Source: Squalus acanthias (taxonomy: Eukaryota). Taken from it: a stretch of 64,000 nucleotides of DNA. The position numbers and the translations under genes were made by a program. A model generated the notes under the pieces. It saw only the letters and a list, made by a program, of their open reading frames with translations. It did no database searches and was not told where the DNA came from. The DNA lies in assembly GCA_030390025.1 (NCBI GenBank), contig CM059425.1, positions 168,022,001 to 168,086,000 on the forward strand. The letters are read 5' to 3'. This document shows, in pieces, positions 13,722-26,231 of this stretch; the first letter of the stretch is position 1; each line of letters begins with the position of its first letter.

Positions 13722-14672
13722 GTTAACCTCCGGGTTTGAACAGAAGGTTTGAATATCAGAAGTTTTATGCAAAGGCACTGGAATTTTCAAGACTTTTCCA
13801 CAACTCAGTCCAGTTAGTAAGTCACTGTGAAGCGACAAATTTGCTTTGTTCTGCAACAACTGTACACAGCAGTTGACTGAAAGCAGTTTCACCTCCGCGC
13901 CCACCTCCTCACTCCATATTCCATCTGGTAATCATTGCAGTCATGGAATATGCTATAGCAGTCCTCTTCAGTGAAGCTCTGCCTTTCATCATACTCATGG
14001 TGAGGGAGAGAATTGGGAATTTTTATCACAACTAATATTATCTCACAGTGGTTGGAATGTCAAGCATAGTGTTGCTAAGCAATAGGAGCAAGCGCAAATG
14101 TGAAGCCCCGTGGAGATGTTTAATTCAATCACGCTGGCTTTGAGTTCATATTCAGAGACACCTTCTTAAACAATGGAATTGTCCAAACCAAGATTGTTCT
14201 TGTAGACCTTGCTGTTCAACCAAGTAGGGCCTCTACCTGAAAAAATATTTGATCTATTATCTTTCCTTTGGGAAATCTGCATCTGCTGCAAAACCAGCTC
14301 TGCTGCTCCGTACCTAGATTTTCACTCAATGTTTTCTTTTTATTTGTTGGACGGCCATATTTTACGTGCAAGGAAAAACAAAATAACATGACACAGTTAT
14401 GAAACTTCAAACTGTTGTTAGACGGTGAATACCACTGAGTACAAGAAAGATTTAACAGCTTTCATGTGCACAAAGGATTATTAGAATCCCGAGTGTTCCT
14501 TCGCAATGTTTCAACTTTAAGATTCTTTATACAAAGAAAAACTAGTATAGAATAAAATGAATACCTGTGGTCTTTGTAAGTTATTGATTTTTTTCTCGTT
14601 GGTGGAAGATCACCTGTTATCAGCTCCCGATACTTTTTCCTCTATTTATTTGAATGTTGCCGAAATGCTATT

Positions 14673-16105
14673 GGTCCGGAATTTGCTGGGAAAATAACAG
14701 CGAGTTTAATGCGCATGCCATTATTAGTGTAAATCGTCCAGCAAGAGATATGGCATGATTTGCGAATCGCCACTAATTGCTGGATGATTTGCGCCACTCT
14801 GCCATTAGCATGGCGAAAATGGCAACTTTCCATCAACCTCAGCGTGAGTTTCAAGAAATTGCTGTATTTGCACACTAATTGCCAATTAAACTCGCCGCAG
14901 AAAGTTAGGGCTGGTACTTAACAATGTAAGCATCCCTTTAATGACAATGGCCCGTATTTTCCAATCAGAGGCTTCCTGGAAAAAGTCTACGGACTTACCT
15001 GAGGGCTCCCGAGATGCGTATACTTCCGTTCCTGGGCCTCTCCACTTTGAAATGCGCAGGGCCCACGTATCCCAGAGGCGCATGCGGTTCGCAAATGTCC
15101 CTGGGATCACGTGGACCATGGGGAGCCAATAGGAGAAGGGAATCTCCCTTCATACACTTGACAGATAGACCTGTCAAATATATGAATGGAGATCAATGAA
15201 AAAACACTGTAAAACATTAAATAATTTGTTTTTTTAAATCACATTTTTAAAATGAGTTGAAATTACGATAAATTAAATATTTTAAACAAAAATGTAATTT
15301 TTTGAAAAAAATAATTAAAGTTTTTTACGGGGCTAACAATAAACTTACCATTTTTTAAAGTATTTTTAAATGATAAATGAGTGAAAAAAATGTTTTAAAA
15401 ACTTTTATTCAACTCTTATGCTGGTAAAAGCAGGCCTTACGCCTGCTTTTACCAGGCGTAAAATTTCTAAGGGTTTTCTGCGGGTGGAGGTTCTCCAGAA
15501 AGCGGAACTATCCGCCCACAGAGGCCCTTCTCCCGGGCAGGCGTCCAATCTGTCAAGAGGATTCTTGACAGATCGGAAATGCCGGTTTTCAGTGCATGCG
15601 CTTACACAGCCATAGGGATCGGAATATGCGGCCCAATATTTATGTTCCTGCAATGCCACGCAACCTCTCCGGCCCATAAAGGGAACAACTGAAACTGTGG
15701 AGTCTCATTCCTACAGTTAGTTCGTTGTTCTTAGAGATTTTTAGAATTAAAATTTTTTTTTTAAATTCTTACTTTTCCTTTCTGTCTCTTTTTTTCTCTC
15801 TTGCTTAATCCAATCTTTCTTTCCCTCTCTTTATTTCTCTTTCCATACCTAATTTGACTCTAATTCACCTTATTTCCTTCTCAGTGGTTTCTTTCTCTAT
15901 CCTTAAATCACATTGGTTAAGGAGATAGACTGTTGGTCCCATTGTTCACCAAGGTCCCAGGTGCCCCGTTAACTTCACGATGCCATTATCAGCTCACACT
16001 TCCAGCAATTTGAGGAGCAAAACATTTTCGAGCTGAAGGGTGAGGAAAAAAAATCTAACAAACGGGACATGCTACAAGATGTCCCACTCCAGCAAATTCT
16101 GGGCC
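14673..16105. mobile_element. Harbinger-type MITE (outer) containing a nested MITE
   Basis: TIRs ggtccggaatttgctgg / ccagcaaattctgggcc. Confidence 0.7.
14949..15634. mobile_element. Harbinger-type MITE family M2 (inner), AT-rich core
   Basis: TIRs ggcccgtattttccaatc / gatcggaatatgcggccc; TSD aat; inverted homologue at 45949-46657. Confidence 0.85.
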
Positions 16106-16511
16106 AATTGCTGTTTCTGTAATAAGCATGTTACTCTGCTACTGACTGTGGTATAAAATGCACAGCAAAGATTTCCTGCAAATCAGATCAGATCAGAGAA
16201 CCATTGCCTTAAATATCAGACATAAGCACAACCGAAGCTGCTAACCTGTCATAAGCCAAACTAAATCGGTTTGGACTGTTTCATAGAATGACTTAACATT
16301 GCACAATATGGATGCAGGTTTCCTGTTTAAAAGCATAAGTTGCCACCACACATTTGCGATCAGTGAGGTATGAAACAGCCCTCTGAGCAAGTTACGCTGC
16401 ATTTCCTACCCCAAGTTTCTCTGTCATCACAGTGGATTTTGTGCAAGAGGCTATCACTCCCCACAACAAAAATAAGTGCAATAAAAACAAAATTTTAACT
16501 ATTTACCTATT

Positions 16512-19385
16512 ACATAAGAACATAAGAACATAAGAAATAGGAGCAGGAATAGGCCACTTGGCCCCTCGAGCCTGCTCCGCCATTCAATAAGATCATGGCT
16601 GATCTCGGGCTCAAAGCCACTTCCCAGCCCGCTCCCCATAACCCTTCACTCCGTTATCTTGCAAAAATTTGTCTATCTCCACTTTAAATGTATTTAATGA
16701 CCCAGCCTCCACAGCTCTCTGGGGCAGAGAATTCCACAAATTTACGACCCTCTGAGAGAAGAAGTTCCTCCTCATCTCAGTTCTAAAAGGGCGACCCTTT
16801 ATTCTGAGACTGTGCCCCCGAGTTCTAGATTTCCCCATGAGGGTAAACATCCTCTCTGCATCTACCTTGTCGAGCCCCCTCAGTATCTTATATGTTTCGA
16901 TAAGATCACCTCTCATTCTTCTAAATTCCAATGAGTATAGGCCCAGCCTGCTCAACCTTTCCTCATAAGTCAAACCCCTCATCTCTGGAATTAACCTAGT
17001 GAATCGTCTCTGAACTGCCTCCAATGCAAGTATATCCTTCCTTAAATAAGGAGACCAAAACTGTACGCAGTACTCAAGGTGTGGTCTCACCAATACCTTG
17101 TACAGTTGTAGCAGGACTTCCCTGCTTTTATACTCCAACTCCCTTGAAATAAAGGCCTACATTCCATTTGCCTTTTTGATTACTTGCTGCACCTGCATGC
17201 TAACTTTTTGTGTTTCATGCAGAAGGACCCCCAGGTCCCTCTGAACAGTAGCATTTTGTAATCTCTCTCCATTTAAATAATAGTTTGCTTTTTTATTTCT
17301 CCTGCCAAAGTGGATAACCTTGCACTTTCCCACATTATACTCCATCTGCCAAATGTTTGCCCACTCACCTAGCCTGTCTATATCCCTTCGCAGATTCTTT
17401 GAGTCCTCTGCACAACTTGCTTTCCCACCCATCTTTGTATCATCCGCAAACTTGGCTACATTACACTCGATCCCTTCATCCAAGTTATTAATGTAGATTG
17501 TAAATAGTTGGGGCCCCAGCACCGATCCTTGTGGTACCCCACTAGTTACCGTTTGCTAACCAGAAAATGACCCATTTATCCCGACTCTCTGCTTTCTGTT
17601 AGTTAGCTAATTCTCTATCCATGCTAATATATTACCCCCAACTCCGTGAGCTCTTATCTTATGCAGTAACCTTTTGTGTGGCACCTTATCGAATGCCTTC
17701 CGAAAATCCAAATACACCACATCCACTGGCTCACCCTTGTCCACCCTGCTTGTTACATCCTCAAAGAACTCCAGCAAATTTGTTAAACATGATTTCCCTT
17801 TCCTAAAACCATGCTGACTCTGTTTGACTGCAGTATGTTTTTCTAAATGCCCTGCTACTGCTTCCTTAATGAAGGACTCCAGCATTTCCCCAATGACAGA
17901 CGTTAGGCTAACTGGTCTATAGTTTCCTGCTTTCTGTCTCCCTCCTTTCTTAAATAGGGGTGTTACATTTGCAGTTTTCCAATCCACTAGGACCTCTCCA
18001 GAGTCCAGGGAATTTTGGTATATTGCAACCAATGCATCCACTATCTCTGCAGCCACTTCTTTTAAGACCCTGGGATGCAGGCCATCTGGTCCAGGGGACT
18101 TGTCGTCTTTTAGTCCCATTATTTTACCTAGTACTATTTCCTTAGTGATAGTGATTGTCTTTAGTTCCCCACTCCCTGTGGCCCCTTGAGTATCCATATT
18201 TGGGATGTTGTTAGTGTCTTCTACAGTGAAGACAGATGCAAAATATTTGTTCAGAGTCTCTGCCATTTCTCCGTTCCCCATTCTCATCCTCTAAGGGACC
18301 AACATTTACTTTAGCTGCCCTCTTCCTTTTTATATACCTGTAGAAGCTCTTACTATCTGTTTTAATGTTTCTTGCCAGCTTACTCTCATAATTCATCTTC
18401 TCTCTCTTTATTATATTTTTAGTCATCCTTTGCTGGTTTTTAAAAATTTCCCAATCCTCTGGTCTCCCACAAATCTTGGCAACATTGTATGCCTTCGTTT
18501 TCAATTTGATACCATCCTTTATTTCCTTAGTTAGCCACAGATGGTGCTCCCTTCTCTTAAAATCTTTCTTTCTCACTGGAATATATTTTTGTTGAGAGTT
18601 ATGAAATATCTCCTTCAATGTCCGCCACTGCATTTCAACTTTCTTACCCTTTAATTTGTTTTTCCAGTCCACTTTAGCCAGTTCTGCCCTCATGCCATTA
18701 TAATTGCCTTTGTTTAAGATCAGGGCACTGGTTTGGGATACAACTTTCTCACCCTCCAACTGAATTTGAAATTCAACCATGCTATGATCACTCTTTCCTA
18801 GAGGATCCTTTACTATGAGATCATTTATTAATTCTGTCTCATTACATAGTACGATATCCAAGATAGCCTGCTCCCTGGTTAGTTCCATTACATACTGTTC
18901 TGGGAAAACATCCCAGATGCACTCTATGAACTCCTCCTCCAGGCTACCATGGCCAATTTGATTTGTCCAATCAATATGGAGATTAAAATCACCCATGATT
19001 ATTACCGTACCTTTTTTTACAGGCCTCCATTATTTGTTGATTTATACTCTGTCCAACAGCATTGCTACTGTTCAGGGGCCTGTAGACTACACCCACCAGA
19101 GACTTTTTCCCCTTATTATTTTTTTATCTCCACCCAAACCGATTCTACATCTTGATCTTCTGAGCCAATATCACTTCTCACCACTGCACTGATCGCATCT
19201 TTTACCAACAAAGCCACCACACCTCCCTTTCCTTTCTTTCTATCCTTCCGAATTATCATATACCCTGGAATATTCAGTTCCCAGCCCTGGTCGCCTTGCA
19301 ACCACGTCTCTGTAATGGCGATCAGGTCATACCCATTTGTATCTATTTGTGCCGTCAACTCATTTATCTTGTTACGAATGCTGCC
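16512..19385 (-). mobile_element. CR1 LINE with near-complete ORF2 (APE endonuclease + RT), disrupted
   Basis: SIRNK..IAITETWL, GDFN, SDH, KSPGPDG, NYRPVSLTS, QHGFRKGKSCLTNLLEFFE, FADDTK, LVRPHLEYC, WNSLP; (ttcttatg)n tail at 16512-16536; stops and frameshifts. Confidence 0.95.
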
Positions 19386-20591
19386 TAAGCTATTCATTTC
19401 TGTGGTATTTGAGTTGCTATGTATCTGAGACATTTATTTCCCTGGTGGACTAAGGAGGCGCTCTCGTCTCATCAATCACTAATCATTTTTTGTTTCTGGA
19501 TTTTACATATGGACCATCTCAGTTCCAAATGGGATTTGAACTTCAATTGAAGTTCTCATCTCTACCTTTAAAAAAAAATCATTTCTAACAGCTTTACACT
19601 CTGTACAGTCCCAAGGGTTCAAACATGAACTGGGTTGCCTTTCAAATCCAACCAAATTGGAATAATTAACTGTGAAGTATATGAATTAAGTCAGTGCCAC
19701 CAACGCTGCTACCATCAAAAGGTAGCCTAAAGCACCACTGAAATGGCAAGTAAAAGTGTTCAGCATACAGCTGTACCAAACAGATAACATTTGTAATTAA
19801 CTTCCAAGTAGCAAATTGCTCTCACACTGTCAGCATCAATGTAACAAATACCTCCTGTTTACATAAATTATTACATATTAAGCAGGGACGTGTTTTTTAA
19901 AAATATTTTCAACACACAAGTTTTTGATCCTGCTTATTAATTGAATCGGTTTGTGCACTATTTATTGGTTTCCTTCCCTAACGCCATGTTCACTGGCTTT
20001 GGTGTCGACTTCGCAATATCTACTAACATAAAAGGGAGACCTTGATTTAGTGTGTCAGTCTGATAGAAACGCTTCCTTATGTGGTGATTACAACCCTGTA
20101 TTACACATGATTGCACATGTGATGATGACCTGAAACCATGATAGAAATGCCGAGAGAACGTGTGGTACTATGAGGCTAGTGTCTTAATACAGGTCACAGT
20201 GTGCACTATGACGGCCAGCGAGACCATCCAAGGACAGGATTGAAGGTTGTGTCTATCAATCTTCTATCCTGTTCTCAGCAGGACAGTGTACACGAATTCT
20301 ATTGTTGCTATTCATTCACACCTTTCAGCTCCGAGTTTCAAGTATTTTGAAATTCTGCCTACAAACGATAGTATGCTTTTCAGGCAAATATTTGGGCAGT
20401 TGGGTCACCTTATTAATATGTGCAATTCATTTGTGTATGTAGATAAAACATGCAAAAACAATCTGATAAATGCCAGTATATCTAGGAAAGTCAATGTGCT
20501 CTTTACAAATGAGCATATTTTATCTGGAAACAGTACAGGGTGGTGAATGTAATTAGTACTTCATATATTGGCCAAAGTTGGAATTTAGAAT

Positions 20592-21840
20592 ACAAGAACA
20601 TAGAAACATAGAAGATAGGAGCAGGAGTAGGCCATTCGGCCCCTTGAGCCTGCTCCGCCATTTAATGAGATCATGGCTGATCATCCAAATTCAGTACCCT
20701 GTACCTGCCTTCTCCCCATATCCCTTGATACCTTTAGCTTTAAGAAATATATCTAACTCATTCTTGAATATATTTAATGACTTGGCCTCAACTACCTTCT
20801 GTGGTAGAGAATTCCACAGGTTCACCACTCTCTGGGTGAAGAAATTCTTCCTCATTTCTGTCCTAAATGGCTTACCCCTTATCCTTAGATTATGACCCCT
20901 GGTTCTGGACTCTCCGACCATCGGGAACATTCTTCCTGCATCTAGTTTGTCCAGACCTGTCAGAATTTTATATGTTTCATTGAGATCCCCTCTCATTCTT
21001 CTATACTCCAGCGAGTATAAGCCCAATCGACCCAATCTCTCCTCATATGTCATTCCTGCCATCCCAGGTATCAGCCTTGTGAATCTTCGCTGAACTCCTT
21101 CCATGGCAAGAACATCCTTCCTCAGATAAGGCGACCAAAACTGCACACAGTACTCAAGGTGTGGTCTCACCAAGGCCCTGTACAACTGCAGCAGGACATC
21201 CCTGTTCCTATACTCAAACCCTTTCGCTATGAAGGCCAACATACCATTTGCCTTCTTCACCGCCTGCTGCACCTGCATGCTTACCTTCAGCGACTGGTGC
21301 ACAAGGACACCCAGGTCTCGTTGCACTTCCCCTTCTCCCAATCTATTGCCATTCAGATAATAGTCTGCCTTTCTGTTTTTGACACCAAAGTGGATAACCT
21401 CGCATTTATCCACGTTATATTGCATCTGCCACGCTTCTGCCCACTCACCCAACCTGTCCAAATCATCCTGGAGTTTCTCAGTATCCTCCTCGGAGCACAC
21501 ACGCCCACCCAGCTTTGTGTCATCTACAAACTTGGAGATATTACATTTAGTTCCCTTATCCAGATCACTAATGTATATTGTGAATAGCTAGGGTCCAAGG
21601 ACCGAACCCTGCGGTACCCCACTAGTCACTGCCTGCCACTCGGAAAAAGACACATTCATTCCTACTCTCTGCTTTCTGTCTGCCAACCAGTTCTCTATCC
21701 AAGTCAATACCTTGCCCCCAATCCCATGTGCCTTAACTTTACACGCTAATCTCTTATGCGGGACCTTATTGAAAGCCTTTTGAAAGTCCAAATACACCAC
21801 AGCTACTGGTTCTCCCTTATCTATTTTCCCAGTTACATCA
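20592..21840 (-). mobile_element. CR1 LINE 3' portion (RT and C-terminus), 5'-truncated
   Basis: YLDFQKAF..GVPQGSVLGP (stop), LVRPHLEYCVQFWSP, WNSLP; (tttctatg)-type tail; close relative of 48173-49367. Confidence 0.95.
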
Positions 21841-21881
21841 CATTGATAACGTGATTATCAATCTTATGCAACGCACACAAT

Positions 21882-21957
21882 GGGAGTGATTTCATGAGTC
21901 TGTGCTGCCCATGGGCAAGGCTCCCTGCCAGTAGCTCAGACCTGTAAAATTACCCCC
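21882..21957. mobile_element. Tiny palindromic MITE
   Basis: Ends gggagtgatttcatgagtctgtgct / agctcagacctgtaaaattaccccc are inverted repeats. Confidence 0.5.
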
Positions 21958-22075
21958 ACGTTCCTGCATTCCAGCCGCAGATAAAGCATAATGATGAGAT
22001 GAGATGATTTTAGGTCAATAATATTCATTTACCAGCACTGTCAATGCTGGTGGTAACTGATGTTTTCAAGTTATT

Positions 22076-22245
22076 GGCCTGGAAATTTCCGATCCAGGAG
22101 TTTTCCCAATTTCTTGCTATAAGTTTGGTGGAACCCCCAGAGAAACAGCATAAACAGCGGTTTATGTCCATTCTCTACAGATTCTACTGATCTCCTGTCG
22201 AATTTACAACAGGAGATAGGGAGAACCCCAGCGGAATACAAACCT
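22076..22245. mobile_element. Degenerate palindromic MITE (relative at 40825-40951)
   Basis: ggcctggaaatttcc...gttttcccaatttcttgc versus caggagatagggagaacccc...gcggaat; same layout at 40825. Confidence 0.5.
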
Positions 22246-22334
22246 AAGTCCTATTGCAATGTACTTTGCAATGTAGCATGTTGGAACACTAAAATACTGC
22301 ACCACAATAATGTCAGATAAAGTGTAACCAGTAT

Positions 22335-22398
22335 AGATAGAATCATACAGCAAAGAAGGAGGCCATTTGGCCCATTGTGCCTGTACCAGCTCTTTGTA
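22335..22398 (-). mobile_element. CR1/HE1-type 3' tail fragment
   Basis: tagaatcatacagcaaagaaggaggccatttggccc is the reverse complement of the CR1 3' hairpin and attcta tail. Confidence 0.65.
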
Positions 22399-22449
22399 AG
22401 AGTTAACAGGGCTCAGTCAACTTAGAGGACTCTTCCTAAGGGCTGTCCT

Positions 22450-22588
22450 TCTGAAGAAGTGTTTAAGGGCTGAAACCTCGACTGACTCCTGTTTTTCTAC
22501 AGATGCTGCCTGACCTGCTAAGTATTTCCAGCCTTTTCTGTTTTAATTTTCAGATTTCCAGCATCTGCAGCATTTTGGTTTTTTTTGT
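22450..22588 (+). mobile_element. Degenerate Penelope-like pseudo-LTR (decayed HHR motif ctgaaga...gaaac)
   Basis: cagatgctgcctgacctgct..tttccagc..ttttctgtt..cagatttccagcatctgcag is homologous to the pLTR at 27721 and 54849. Confidence 0.7.
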
Positions 22589-23304
22589 TCAGATACAATG
22601 TAGGGTCCTTTGCTGTAGGACCTCCTTAAATGTGGTTGTTACAACCCTAGCCGATTGCCTATGTTTGAATTCTGTGTAGTGTCACAGCACAATGATGCCA
22701 TTAAATGTCTAAATACTGGATCAAAAGATCAAGGTATTTGAAGCATCAACACCAAACGATTGCAACGTCTCTCAGGCTATCAACTCATAGGCTTCTCACA
22801 GGAGATTAGAAAGAACATTGAACAGAAAACCTCAATTAAACTCAACCATCTTCAGGCAACAGTTAAAAGCATGTCCTGATAATCTGCTTTCAGTAGTTAT
22901 GTGAAGTGTGACTAAATAAAGGATTATGAGTAATAACTTTCACAGTCTAATCTGCAAAAAAAAGCTGCAAAATGTTAGAGTCTTGCGTCATTGGGAAATT
23001 CCAATTGCAAATTACATAATCAGAATTTGAAACAAGTCTCTATTGTCTCTATATGTGAATAAAATCACCACATCTGAATACTTGTAAACCGATGTTGCAG
23101 TCCTTTCTGAAACAGGCAGTCCACACATATAGTGGTGATGGAGGAATGGCCCAAGTCACAATAGGACTGCTATTCATGTTTACATTGGTGACAGGGTAAA
23201 AATTTCCTAAATGTGAACTATACAGACGGAATGACATAAAGCCACCACTGAAGGAGGTTTGGAGGCAGTGCAATATAAACAGTCAGTGGATTTAAAAAGA
23301 CATA

Positions 23305-24019
23305 GGGGGAAAAATTGAGTCGCGCCCCCTTTGGGGCGCTAACTTCGCCGGGGCGCTACTCCCAAAAAAATTAGCGTCCCCCGCGGCCAAAATTCATCGG
23401 TAGCGCCCCAAGAGGGAAGCGGGGTGGGGTGCTACTGGAAACGCCCCGCCTCCCTCTTGGGGCGCTGCGAGGGAATATCACGGCGCTATGTGCCACGGTA
23501 TTGCAGGCCTTCTTCCCCTTCTTAAAGGGGAGGGGCCTTGCGTAGCGCGACCCGGGGCCCAGCTAGGATCGGAGTGCCAGCAAAACAGCCCGGCACTCAA
23601 GAGAAGTGCTGGGCTCATGGAGCGCAGCCGGCACTCCGCGGGGTGGGCGGGGGGGGGGGGTGCTCAGGAGGCCAGGGACGGCAACGGAGGCAGGTGATGG
23701 CAGGCGGCCAGCAACAAAAATGGCCACCCAGCACCTTGCTTTAATTAGCGCTGCCCCGGCCACAGGTAGGCCCCCCTGACCCCGTCAGACATTGCGTCCG
23801 GCGGTAAGTCAGGGGGCGCTACCAAAGATCGCAGCCGGGGTGCGAGCGAGGCGCTGCGCACGGTGATGACGTCATCGCCGGCGGCGCAGCGCCGCGGGGC
23901 GTTAATGGTTACCGCCGCTGCCAACCTCCCGCTGAATTTCGCAGGAGGCGTTGGCGGCACCCCGTTAGCACCCTCTTAGGGCGCTAACGGGAGGCGCAAG
24001 GCAACCGAATTTCTCCCCC
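23305..24019. mobile_element. GC-rich Harbinger-type MITE family M1a
   Basis: TIRs gggggaaaaatt / aatttctccccc; TSD ata (23302-23304, 24020-24022); homologue at 26232. Confidence 0.9.
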
Positions 24020-24602
24020 ATACTACTTCCAAATTTTGAGTGCTTCATCACCTTTTCCAACCACCACATCCATCCCATATCACCTGCCATATCTGCTATT
24101 TCAGCCACCATTCACCACCATCTAGCAGCAGTAATGCGCAGAGTTCTGCAGAAATTTATTCCAGGATATTTACAGAAGGATATATGTTTTTTTTAAATAT
24201 TGCCACAACTGTGTTGAGTAGCTTTGAATTGCCTATGACACAGCTCCTCATTACACATCTGAAAATCAGTCACGGGCAGTGCCAATTACTAGCAACCACC
24301 CTGATCCCTGAATATTGAAATCCGCACTGGTTTACCACTCCTGCAGGCACTTGTCAATAAAACTCAACCAACTTCAGGCAACAGTTAAAGCTATGATCTG
24401 ATAATCTGCTTTGGTATTCATGTGAAGTGTGACTAAGTCATAACTTTTCCAGTCTAATCTGCACTACAGGACTTCTCTGTAAATAATGTGCTAAATATTA
24501 GATTTATATGTTCTTAAAAATTGTTCAAAAATAGGATGATAATAAAACCACCCATTTGAAAACAGGTCCAAATATTCTTTCTTATAGGTAAGATCAATTA
24601 TA

Positions 24603-24790
24603 TAGACTTGCATTTATATAGCGCCTTTCACGACCACCGGACGTCTCAAAGCACTTTACAGCCAATGAAGTACTTTTTGAAGTGTAGTCACTGTTGTAAT
24701 GTAGGAAACGCGGCAGCTAATTTGCGCACAGCAAACTCCCACAAACAGCAATGTGATAATGACCAGATAATCTGGTTTTGTTATGTTGAG
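24603..24790 (-). mobile_element. SacSINE1-like SINE, 3' half
   Basis: agacttgcatttatatagcgcc...cccacaaacagcaatgtgataatgaccagataatctg. Confidence 0.85.
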
Positions 24791-25658
24791 TTACCATTTT
24801 GCTAACTTGTGTCATCAATTTCAGTGAGTAAATAGGATACAATGACATCATATGTCATGGAGTTCGACTCCATTTTTAGATCTGTTGGCCTTTTGGGTAT
24901 ACAGTTACCAGCTGAGATCCACTGTTGGTTATCAGTGATCCTCATCAGCAACGTTAGGAATGAGGGCAACTAAACTGAAAGGGACAGGTTGCAAGACAAG
25001 AAATGAAGGCAACTAAATGAGAGAACCAAGCCTCAAAAGACAGATTGAGAGCAGCAAGTCATTAGAGATAGTAGCGAGAGTCATAAATCACTGGTCATAA
25101 TCCACCACACATAATGCAAAACTAATGTATTTGAGCAGGTGCAATGTGGGCCCTCTGGGTACAAATCTGCCAGTGGGGCCTTGTAGCTGTGCTGATATAT
25201 CATGAGTGTTTGGTACCCAATTAGTGATATTCTTTCCAGTGTGAATAATACATATGTACCTGTATATTTATGTTGTGTGGATTTCCCTAATGCATTGCTC
25301 TCTGTCATTATGTAGTTCACTATCTTTGAAAAAGAGGCACAAATTACACGAGTATCAAATTCTCCTTTAGTTTTAAGGATTATTTGGTGGGTTTTACCTC
25401 ATATAAGCCCAATGACTATCGTAAAACAAAGTAGTCTTCTTATATAAATAAGAGCCTACCAGCAAGGAGCCTTGCCCAGTCAGAAAATCCTGCGCAGTGT
25501 GCGGCAGGACTTCTGACATGAGCTCTGAGGGTAAGTCTCCTACTAGCAGCACAAAGTTCAGAAAATTACCCCTATATATTGTAACCACTGTCACTTAAGA
25601 TGGTCACTTGAGCTTGAATTGTTGCTCACTTGCATTCTAAAACGATGCTATATCATCT

Positions 25659-25745
25659 CCACCGATGCTGCCTGACCTGCTGAGTGTTTCCAGCATTTTC
25701 TGTTGTTATTTCAGATTTCCAGCATCCGCAATATTTTGCTTTTGT
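25659..25745 (+). mobile_element. Short Penelope-like pLTR insertion with 14-bp TSD
   Basis: pLTR core gatgctgcctgacctgctgag...cagcatccgc; TSD atgctatatcatct at 25645-25658 and 25746-25759. Confidence 0.8.
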
Positions 25746-26231
25746 ATGCTATATCATCTGTTTCTCTGTTTCAAGCAGACGTTAATTTCAAATCCAGAAA
25801 TACATTTTTAAATTTGATTCTAACAGCTTGTTGCAGTAGGCCTGACCAGTTAAGCCTGTAATTGAGGTTGACTTTAAGTAAGGGCTTATTTATTAGAATG
25901 TAAGCACAGGCTCATTTGTTCCTCATTAGTATTTTCATGATGCTTTTCCTCATACATCAATCTTTAATTACATGGCTGTACAATCTCATTTGGTAATGCT
26001 CAAAATGTTACAGACAAGCACAACACAGCTGAAAGGGTTGTGTGTTCTCATCTTGATGGAGTATTTCTCAGGTAGGTATCATTTCGGGGCCAGTCAGAAA
26101 CATTCTGCAGTGAAAACTCTACTATGTCTGCGACTGGCGGAAACTGTGTTGCTCAGGAGGAAGTGAGGAAAGGTCAGAGATATATTAACCATGGTATTGA
26201 TAAAATAAAGAAAAATGTAGGTAAGAGCCTA

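Noticed and set aside
15200..15410. AT-rich origin or matrix-attachment region
   Set aside because: It is the internal part of MITE M2 and recurs at 46160-46380.
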